46,395 nt of DNA from an uncultured Dechloromonas sp. (GTDB lineage Bacteria; Pseudomonadota; Gammaproteobacteria; Burkholderiales; Rhodocyclaceae). Location of the stretch: the NCBI GenBank assembly GCA_964527745.1, contig CAZGPO010000001.1:1-46395 (forward strand), read 5' to 3'. The position numbers were made by a program, and so were the translations under genes. A model generated the notes under the pieces. That model searched no databases. It was not told the DNA's origin and saw only the letters and a program-made list of their open reading frames with translations. Positions 35,260 to 44,384 of this stretch are shown here, one piece after another. The first letter of the stretch is position 1. Every line of letters begins with the position of its first letter.

Positions 35260-36549
35260 TTACGCGGCCTCCGTTGAAGCAGTTTTATGAATGACCTGGA
35301 TCGCCCGCAACGATGCTGCGGTAGCGCTCTGCACTGAACGATTCACGTCGAGCGGACTGGCTGCGGCGCCGGCGCCGAACATGCCCATGTCTTTTGATCC
35401 CTCGATGAAGTTGGACGAGTCGAGAATCACGTCATCAGGCAGTTTTACGCCGGTGATTTCCGGTTCCATGCCAACGGCCAGCACCACCAGATCGTGCTCG
35501 GTGGCGTAGCGGTTGTAGCCCTCGGTATCCACACCGTGAAGGATCGGATTGCCGTTTTCCTTGTTCTCGGCGATGCGTGCGACCTTGCTCTTGACGAAGC
35601 TGACCGTCGCATCCTTCTGCACCATCTGGTAGAAGTCCTCAAAGCGGTCGATGGCGCGGATGTCGATGTAGTAGATCGTGGATTTTCCCTGATCGCCAAA
35701 GGCTTCGCGGACATACTGGGTCTGCTTCAGCGAGGCCATGCAGCAAATGCGCGAACAGTGACGCAGATGGTTCTCGTCGCGTGAGCCAGCGCACTGGATG
35801 AAAGCGACGTTCTTCGCCTCCTTGCCGTCACTTGGGCGCAAAATCTTGCCGCCGGTAGGGCCGTGCGGATCGGCCATGCGCTCGAATTCGAGGCTGGTGA
35901 CCACGTTCGGGAAACGGCCGTAACCGTAGGGTTGAATCTTGGCCGCGTCGTACGGACGCCAGCCGGTGGCCCATACCAGGGCGCCGACCTGCAGCGTGAC
36001 AGTTTCTTCCTGCATTTCCAGGTTGACCGCACCGACCGGGCAGGCCGCCTTGGCTTTTTCGCCTTCGGGCGTACCGACGATCGAGGGGTCGATCACGAAG
36101 CGCTGCGGATAGGCCATGCCATGCGGCAGGTAAGCCGCCTTGAGATTATCAATGCCGTAGTTCCAGGGGTTGGGAATCTCGGCGCTGACTGCTTCGCCGC
36201 ATTTTCCGCAGGCAGTGCAGTCTTCGGTGACATAACGCGGCGCCACCTTCAGGGTCACCGTGTAGTCGCCGCGACTGCCGGAAACCGCAGTGACTTCCGT
36301 CATCGTCATCAAGCGCACATTGCGGTTGCCCTTCAGGCGCCGCAGGTTGATTTCCAAGCCGCAGGTAGGATGGCACATCTTGGGGAAGTAGCGGTAAAGA
36401 CGCGCGGTGCGCCCGCCCAGGACGGGGGTCTTTTCCACCAGAATCACCTGCTTGCCGCATTCGGCAGCTTCGAGTGCTGCCGTCATGCCGCTGATGCCAC
36501 CGCCTACGACCAGAATGGTTTGGGCTGTTGCTACTGTTGAAGCCGTCAC
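35260..36549 (-). CDS. qmoA: QmoA (HdrA-like flavoprotein)
   Basis: VVGGGISG, YFPKMCHPTCG, CTACGKC and QCAGSRD...CSRICC. GTG start after GGGAG. Confidence 0.93.
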   Translation of the reverse strand: MTASTVATAQTILVVGGGISGMTAALEAAECGKQVILVEKTPVLGGRTARLYRYFPKMCHPTCGLEINLRRLKGNRNVRLMTMTEVTAVSGSRGDYTVTLKVAPRYVTEDCTACGKCGEAVSAEIPNPWNYGIDNLKAAYLPHGMAYPQRFVIDPSIVGTPEGEKAKAACPVGAVNLEMQEETVTLQVGALVWATGWRPYDAAKIQPYGYGRFPNVVTSLEFERMADPHGPTGGKILRPSDGKEAKNVAFIQCAGSRDENHLRHCSRICCMASLKQTQYVREAFGDQGKSTIYYIDIRAIDRFEDFYQMVQKDATVSFVKSKVARIAENKENGNPILHGVDTEGYNRYATEHDLVVLAVGMEPEITGVKLPDDVILDSSNFIEGSKDMGMFGAGAAASPLDVNRSVQSATAASLRAIQVIHKTASTEAA

Positions 36550-36595
36550 ATCGATCTCCCTGAATAATGTTCTAGCGTGTCGCGGATATTATAAA

Positions 36596-37222
36596 TTACC
36601 CGCATTCAGCTTGCGCGGCGGCTTCAAGTACCTTGGCTGAAGTGCCGGATGCGGGCTGTGCGGGGGCTGAAAAATCATGGTTCGCGGCGCGACCAATGGC
36701 CGTGCTGGCTGGCTCGAGCACCCTGATTTCAAAAGTCAGGGTTTCCAGATCGCCGAATATCCAGGTGGCGGCCGGCGCTCCGAGGCCTGCAACAGTGCCC
36801 GGGTTAACCAGCCAGGTATGGCCGCCGCGGACGTTGGCCTGTTGCCGGATTTCGGTTTCGTGACTGTGACCGCAACAGACCAGGTCATAATCACCGGTGC
36901 ATGCCATGCCATGGCCGAGATGCGGATAGTGGGTCAGGTAAATGCGCCGCCCGCCGAGGTTGATCGTCGCGTCGTGACCGTGGTAATGCAACAGCCCCTG
37001 CGAGTTGCAGGCCATGCGCGCGATCGAGACCGGGTCGCCGAGATTGTTGCCATGGACGGCGTGGATCGGCAGTCCGAGGGCGAGCGATGCGCGCAGCGTG
37101 TTGCCGCCAATGATGTCGCCGCAGTGGATGACCGTTTCCGCGCCATCGTCAATGGCGGCGGCGACCGCGCTTGCCATCAGCGGGCCGCGGTCATGGCTGT
37201 CGGAAAGTATGCAGACCTTCAT
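36596..37222 (-). CDS. Calcineurin-like metallophosphoesterase (YfcE/MJ0936 family)
   Basis: SDSH, HCGD, GNN, THYP, GHSH and NPG motifs. Start revised to the ATG at 37222. Confidence 0.88.
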   Translation of the reverse strand: MKVCILSDSHDRGPLMASAVAAAIDDGAETVIHCGDIIGGNTLRASLALGLPIHAVHGNNLGDPVSIARMACNSQGLLHYHGHDATINLGGRRIYLTHYPHLGHGMACTGDYDLVCCGHSHETEIRQQANVRGGHTWLVNPGTVAGLGAPAATWIFGDLETLTFEIRVLEPASTAIGRAANHDFSAPAQPASGTSAKVLEAAAQAECG

Positions 37223-37238
37223 GATGTCTGGCGCGGCA

Positions 37239-37646
37239 TCATATGATGAGCGGCCCGTGATAGTCATCGTCCTGGGCAGGTGCCTTATTGCCGATAGTCT
37301 CGGTTAACGAAGAAGCACGCGTGAGGTGGTGATCAGCCTGCACGTGCAGCAAGGTGACCACGCAGTCGCCGAGGCTGTCATAGACATCCTGGCCGGTTCC
37401 GAAATGTTCGTTGTCGGAATAGAAAAACTGGCAGCGGAAACGATTGTTCGCCACCTTGGTGACGATGAATTCGGCGCCCAGCGCTTTCCAGTAAAGTGCC
37501 GGACAGGTCGTCAGTTGCTCGCTTTCGGGGTCGAGCTGCAGTTCGACATCGGCTGACTGCAACAGTGTTACACGACCGTAACGCTCAAGAAGTATCTGGC
37601 TGACCAGTTGCATATCGCTACTGGTGAAATCGGGAACAGGGATCAA
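37239..37646 (-). CDS. Hypothetical protein upstream of qmoA
   Basis: 135-aa ORF (IPVPDFT...ERYG...CPALYW...FRCQFFY...FGTG) with a TTG start, co-oriented and closely spaced with the phosphoesterase. Confidence 0.7.
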   Translation of the reverse strand: MIPVPDFTSSDMQLVSQILLERYGRVTLLQSADVELQLDPESEQLTTCPALYWKALGAEFIVTKVANNRFRCQFFYSDNEHFGTGQDVYDSLGDCVVTLLHVQADHHLTRASSLTETIGNKAPAQDDDYHGPLII

Positions 37647-37700
37647 ATCAGTACTCGCTAAATCGGTTTGCGTTCTGCATACATAAGCATTTACTTTCAG

Positions 37701-37742
37701 ACTCTACAGTTAAAAACTCGGAAATTCAATGATCTGGCTCAA
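37701..37742 (-). promoter_or_regulatory. Candidate FNR/CRP-family class II promoter for the hypothetical-phosphoesterase-qmoAB-hdrCB run
   Basis: TTGAG-CCAG-ATCAT (37742-37729, 8/10 to TTGAT-N4-ATCAA). It is centred 41.5 nt upstream of the +1 implied by the -10 TAGAGT (37706-37701). Confidence 0.5.
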
Positions 37743-37757
37743 GCCTTGTTCGCTTGG

Positions 37758-38927
37758 CTAATCTTTCGGCCAGTGAGCGGTGGCGATGCCCTCGCCGAGG
37801 TCGGCTTCGACCAGTCGGCGCCGGACTTCGAGCAGGCGTTCGATCAGTCGGGGTTCGTGCCTGGCGTAGTCATCGGCATCGGCGACCCGGTTGACGACGA
37901 CGCCGAGCAGTTCGGTAATCGCGTTGCCGATCGAGTTCTGGCTGATGGTGACGATCAGCTTGCCCGCGTCGTTGCGATAGATGAGCTGTTTGAAAGCGGG
38001 TTGCCAGCGAATCGCATTGGCGTATTTCGCATCCACGATGCAATGGTCGCGGACCTTCTTCGCCGTCTTCAGGAAGTCGTTGTTGAACAGCAACGTGTTT
38101 TCCACCGCGTCCGGGTAGTAAACATCAGTCTGTATCGGCGCGTTGCGGGTGGAAACCTGATTGAAGAAGGTGCGGTAGAAATCGATGAAGCCCTTCAATA
38201 TCTCGTCGTATTCTTTCCAGAAACGGACATCCTTCAGCGCCGCCGCCCCGCCCAAGACTTCCCAGCTTGGCAGGCCATGCGGGTAGCCGGTCAGCTCGAT
38301 GCGCGCGTCGTCGTCGCTGGCCGGCTTAAGTATCTCCAGTTCGAGCGCCCGCTCGAAAAACTCGCGATAGACATCGTGCATGTAGGCCTGGAAAAGGCTG
38401 TGCTGGCCGCCATCGGTCAAGTTGGGGTTGTTTCCGTCGGTCAGTTTGGCGGCGCGCAGTTCGTCCTTGGGGAAGACGATGAAGTGGTTGTGCAGCATGC
38501 GGATACTGGGCACGCCGGGCGAGGTCAGCGGCCAGGTGGCATCGAGGCTGGCTTCGCCGGCCAGCACCAGCGCTTCGTCCGGATCTGGGTAAAGCTCCAG
38601 CATGTAGTCGAAGATGATCTGGTTCATCCGGTTCCAGACGTGTTTGACGTCGTCGGGAACCTGGGTGCGGCGAACCGGCCGGCCGAGCGGGTTGAGCACG
38701 CATTGCGAGGTGTTGTAGATGATCGACGTGTCGAAGGCCGTGCTGTGCCCGAGCGCCTTACGATAGAGCAGCAGGTTTTCCGGGTTCATCAACAGACCGT
38801 TGTTGTGAATCAGGTCGTTGAGGTTTTCCGTGCTGTTGAAGAACTCGTTGGGCTTCATCCCTTCCGGTATGTCCAGCGGAATTGGCCGGTAAGGCGTGGT
38901 GATTTCACGAGGACCGTAGCGCGTCAT
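37758..38927 (-). CDS. Hypothetical protein with a HIT-superfamily-like HxH motif
   Basis: 389 aa with high-GC3 codon usage. Contains the motif GVPSIRMLHNHFIVFP. Confidence 0.8.
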   Translation of the reverse strand: MTRYGPREITTPYRPIPLDIPEGMKPNEFFNSTENLNDLIHNNGLLMNPENLLLYRKALGHSTAFDTSIIYNTSQCVLNPLGRPVRRTQVPDDVKHVWNRMNQIIFDYMLELYPDPDEALVLAGEASLDATWPLTSPGVPSIRMLHNHFIVFPKDELRAAKLTDGNNPNLTDGGQHSLFQAYMHDVYREFFERALELEILKPASDDDARIELTGYPHGLPSWEVLGGAAALKDVRFWKEYDEILKGFIDFYRTFFNQVSTRNAPIQTDVYYPDAVENTLLFNNDFLKTAKKVRDHCIVDAKYANAIRWQPAFKQLIYRNDAGKLIVTISQNSIGNAITELLGVVVNRVADADDYARHEPRLIERLLEVRRRLVEADLGEGIATAHWPKD

Positions 38928-38932
38928 GGTGT

Positions 38933-39007
38933 ATTACCGAAAGTTGATATAGGTCCGGCTTTGTACCACAGGAAAACATTACCGAAAATTGATATGGGTC
39001 TGGCTTT
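38933..39007. repeat. Imperfect 30-bp direct repeat, two copies, 45-bp period
   Basis: ATTACCGAAAGTTGATATAGGTCCGGCTTT (38933-38962) vs ATTACCGAAAATTGATATGGGTCTGGCTTT (38978-39007), 27/30 identical. Confidence 0.85.
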
Positions 39008-39046
39008 TTTGCAACGCTTGACCAACCCCCGGTTGTCAACTGCGGA

Positions 39047-39961
39047 TCAGTGCTTGAGCGAACGATACTGCGCCGCCATGCGATGGGTCGCGCCGGGGGC
39101 GAGAGTAATGACATCCTCGGCGGCATTCGCGGTTTCGACGCAGACCATGGCGAGATGGCCATCCGGCCCGAAGTCACCCGTTTTTTCGGCCTTTTCCGAC
39201 CACGGATTCCACACCACGGTCGACCGGCTACCGGTGCTGGTGATGACGATCGAACGTGCCAGCACCGGATCGCGGATCTCGCAGTAGCCGTGTGTGCCGA
39301 GATAGATGCGTTCGGTTTCCTGGACGAAGGAGACGGTACCGTTCTGCACCTTGCGCTTGCCGCCGTCGAACTTGTCGATGTAATCGCAATGCTCGAGCCC
39401 AAGCAACATGGCCTGGCGAATGTCGCCGACCTCGAAGTAGGTGTGCAGCGCCTGGCCGAGCCCGAACGCCGTGCTGCCGAGGTTGGTGGTGACCAGTTCG
39501 ACTTCGAGTTCGCGGCCGACGGTAATGATGTTCCTGACGCTCGAAGACGCTGGCCACTGGGCGCGTGTCGCGTCGGACTGGACGAGTTCGAACTCAAGCC
39601 TTACGTGATCGTCGGGAAGCAGGCTGGCATCGACCAGCGCCCACGGCACGGTGCGCGCGAAGCCGTGGCCTGGGAACTGGGGGTTCTGGCCGTGCGGCCC
39701 GAACCATGGCCAGCACACTGGCACGCCGCCGCGAATCGACTTGCCCGGCGCGAACTTGGCGAACTTGCTGAGCCAGATCACCGGGGCATGACCGGCCGGC
39801 TGATAGGTCATCACGTGGGCGCCTTGCAGCGCGATGCTGGCTGTCGCCTGGCGCGTGGCGACCCTGGCCACGACGAAACCGTCGGCGATTTCCTCGAAGC
39901 TCAGACAATTGGCTATGGCGAAACGCTGGTTGAGATCGGCTGCTTGGTTGGTGGTGTTCAT
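39047..39961 (-). CDS. yeaD: D-hexose-6-phosphate mutarotase (aldose 1-epimerase family)
   Basis: QGAHV, IRGGVPVCWPWFG, HGFAR, ALHTYF, VVWNPW and MVCVE. Confidence 0.92.
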   Translation of the reverse strand: MNTTNQAADLNQRFAIANCLSFEEIADGFVVARVATRQATASIALQGAHVMTYQPAGHAPVIWLSKFAKFAPGKSIRGGVPVCWPWFGPHGQNPQFPGHGFARTVPWALVDASLLPDDHVRLEFELVQSDATRAQWPASSSVRNIITVGRELEVELVTTNLGSTAFGLGQALHTYFEVGDIRQAMLLGLEHCDYIDKFDGGKRKVQNGTVSFVQETERIYLGTHGYCEIRDPVLARSIVITSTGSRSTVVWNPWSEKAEKTGDFGPDGHLAMVCVETANAAEDVITLAPGATHRMAAQYRSLKH

Positions 39962-40156
39962 TGCGTTGCTCCTTCTGCGGGTTGGCGATTCACGCTGCTG
40001 GCGAGATTATTTGGGAAGCCCGTAATCGGCAAGGTTGTCAGTGTCTCCGGCATGGGCGGCTAACGTCAATCAGGATTTTCTGATAGGTGGCCACGCCGGT
40101 CGAATGACTGGAAGTATCACTGAAAGCCGAAGACAAGTAGGGCTGCGTGTCGGCGC

Positions 40157-40205
40157 TTGCATTTTTCCCCCGCTGCCATGAAAATAACCAAGCGATTGCT
40201 TGCTT
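40157..40205 (+). promoter_or_regulatory. Candidate fadH promoter with a TetR-type operator
   Basis: TTGCAT (40157-40162)-17 nt-GAAAAT (40180-40185). The near-palindrome CAAGC-GATT-GCTTG (40189-40202) covers the predicted +1. Confidence 0.5.
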
Positions 40206-40210
40206 AATAG

Positions 40211-42274
<2,064 letters not shown>

Positions 42275-42276
42275 CC

Positions 42277-42885
42277 ATGTCGCGCCCGAAGGCCGGAGCC
42301 GGCCTCGAACCAAACCGCCGTGCCGAACTGCTGAGAGCGGCGGCGCGCCTGTTCGTCGAAAAGGGTTTCGCGGCAACTACCACGCGGGATATTGCCGAAG
42401 CCGTCGGGATGCGCTCGGGAAGTCCGTTCTATCACTTCCGCAGCAAGCAGGAATTGCTCAAGGAGGCGATGATCGACGGCCTGGAAGCCGGAAGGGCACG
42501 TATCGCCGTTGCCATCGCCGGCGTCACCGACCCCGAGCAGCGCCTGCGCCTTCTGGTGCGTACCCATCTCGGAACCTTGCTCGAAGGCGACTGCAATTCG
42601 CCGATGCTGCTCAACGAAACACGCTCGCTGGATGTCGGCGAGCGCGCCGAGATCGCCGCCGCCTTCGACCGCTACCAGACGCCTTGGCAGGCAACGTTGG
42701 ACGAGCTGGCGGCCAGCGGAAAGATACGCTCGGCCGCACCGCCGCTACGCCTGTTCCTGTTCGGCATGCTCAACTGGTCGGGCCACTGGTATCGCCCGGA
42801 TGGACCACTCACTGTCGATCAGTTGGCCGACAGTGCCGTCGCACTGCTGCTCGGGCGCAGGGCTCCGGAGCCGATCCGGGACTGA
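42277..42885 (+). CDS. TetR/AcrR-family transcriptional regulator
   Basis: HTH AARLFVEKGFAATTTRDIAEAVGMRSGSPFYHFRSKQELL and C-terminal GMLNW...WYRPDG. Confidence 0.92.
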   Translation: MSRPKAGAGLEPNRRAELLRAAARLFVEKGFAATTTRDIAEAVGMRSGSPFYHFRSKQELLKEAMIDGLEAGRARIAVAIAGVTDPEQRLRLLVRTHLGTLLEGDCNSPMLLNETRSLDVGERAEIAAAFDRYQTPWQATLDELAASGKIRSAAPPLRLFLFGMLNWSGHWYRPDGPLTVDQLADSAVALLLGRRAPEPIRD

Positions 42886-43023
42886 ACCTGCGGAATTCTG
42901 GGGGGGTCGGCGTTGCCGTGTTCGCCGGCAGACGCTGAATTCACTGAATGCCGCGAGGCAGCGGGAACGAAAATCAGCGGATGGACTCTATGCCAGCTGG
43001 AAGCAAGCGAAAGGAGTGGCATC

Positions 43024-43461
43024 ATGTATCGCCTGATCTACAAGAGCCGGGTGACCAGAGAGCTGGACTGGCCAGTCATTGAAGATATCCTGCATCATAG
43101 CGCGGCCAATAATTCGCTTGCCGAGGTTACCGGGTTCCTGCTCGCCACCAGAAACCATTTCCTTCAGGTTATCGAGGGCAGATTCGAGGATGTCAACGAG
43201 ACCTTCTTCCGCATCGCTCGCGACCCCAGGCATGAGCGTATTCAGCTCCTCAGTTTCGAAGTCGTCGACGCCCGGCTGTTCGAGTCGTGGGCAATGAAAG
43301 GTATCGGCATCCTGGATGCCAATACCGATTTGGCGCGGCAATTGATCGCCAAGTATGGCGAACAGGACGGTGATGTCCGCTTTCCGCTGGAGTCCTGGCT
43401 GGCGTTGTCGTTGATCTACGACATTCGGGCTATTCAGGAGTTGCCGGAGTGGAAGCGCTGA
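43024..43461 (+). CDS. Short BLUF blue-light photoreceptor (PixD-like)
   Basis: RLIYKS (Tyr), NN, VTGFL, FLQVIEG (Gln), IARDPRH and RLFESWAM (Trp/Met). Start revised to the ATG at 43024 after AAGGAG. Confidence 0.9.
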   Translation: MYRLIYKSRVTRELDWPVIEDILHHSAANNSLAEVTGFLLATRNHFLQVIEGRFEDVNETFFRIARDPRHERIQLLSFEVVDARLFESWAMKGIGILDANTDLARQLIAKYGEQDGDVRFPLESWLALSLIYDIRAIQELPEWKR

Positions 43462-43525
43462 GGCAACTCCGACGAAGGCCTTGCTCAAACATGGGCCGGC
43501 GTCAGTCACAGCCGGCATGAACCGT

Positions 43526-43807
43526 CTATCCGTGTGTGCCGGCTTCGTACGATGACAGCGTCACCCCGGCGTGGGTCAACACCTCGCGCAACTGCTTGAT
43601 GTCCGTCTTGCTGCACGTATTGCTGTTATGCGGGTGGTGCAGGAAAGCCTCGACCTTGTTCAGCGTGACCTTGAAGCGCGCGCCGTGGGCGGATTCGATC
43701 TCGGCGCCGAGATGGTGGAGCAGGGATTCGATTTCGCGCCAGTGGATATTGGCGCTTGGCGGGTCCTGAAAGATGCTGCGCATCAGGTGTGCATGCTTGT
43801 GGCTCAT
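43526..43807 (-). CDS. HicA-like protein (orphan)
   Basis: IFQDPPSANIHWREIESLLHHLGAEI...G...FLHHPH pattern of HicA-family proteins. Confidence 0.7.
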   Translation of the reverse strand: MSHKHAHLMRSIFQDPPSANIHWREIESLLHHLGAEIESAHGARFKVTLNKVEAFLHHPHNSNTCSKTDIKQLREVLTHAGVTLSSYEAGTHG

Positions 43808-43886
43808 GGCGGTACTCCCAAAGTTCGTGCCGCCATTTTATGCCTGTTGTCCGCCTGTGGAGGTTTCTGACTGTTGTGGTCGACCG

Positions 43887-44384
43887 TCAAAAAAGGATGA
43901 ATTTGAGCAGCGCCAGACAGATCAAGGTATAGCCGGCGGCCACCAGGTCGTCGGCCATGACGCCGAAGCCGTTCTTGACGTGGTCGTCGAAGTAACGGGC
44001 TGGCTGCGGCTTGGTGATGTCAAATAAGCGGAACAGCCCGAAGGCGGTGGCCTGCCAGAGCAGGGTGTCCGGCGTCATGAGCAGAACCAGCCAGAAGGGG
44101 ACGATTTCGTCCCACACAATACTGCCATGGTCTGGGTCGCCCAGCGCCCGGCCGGCCCTGTCGATGGCCCAGATGCCGAATATGTAGGCAGCGGCAAACA
44201 ACCCGAGCAGCGCGAAATCGGTGAAATAGGAATGGAACAGGTTGAAGCTCAGCCACGCGAACAGGGTGCCGAAGGTGCCGGGCGCCCATGGGGCCAGGCC
44301 GCTGCCACAGCCGCAGGCGAAAAAGTGCGCCGGATGGGCGAAGAGGAATTTGAGACTGGGGGCGTCTTTCGAAGATTCAGCCAA
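43887..44384 (-). CDS. pgpA: Phosphatidylglycerophosphatase A
   Basis: GSGLAPWAPGTFGT, DHGSIVWDE, FRLFDITKP and GFGVMADDLVA. Confidence 0.93.
   Translation of the reverse strand: MAESSKDAPSLKFLFAHPAHFFACGCGSGLAPWAPGTFGTLFAWLSFNLFHSYFTDFALLGLFAAAYIFGIWAIDRAGRALGDPDHGSIVWDEIVPFWLVLLMTPDTLLWQATAFGLFRLFDITKPQPARYFDDHVKNGFGVMADDLVAAGYTLICLALLKFILF

Noticed and set aside
33185-35290. 701-aa antisense ORF over qmoB
   Set aside because: Shadow ORF in a high-GC3 gene.
38933-39007. Mini CRISPR array
   Set aside because: Only two imperfect copies, a 15-nt gap, and no cas genes.
37668-39287. 539-aa plus-strand ORF
   Set aside because: It is antisense to the HIT-like gene and the mutarotase, and codon pattern and motifs support the minus strand.
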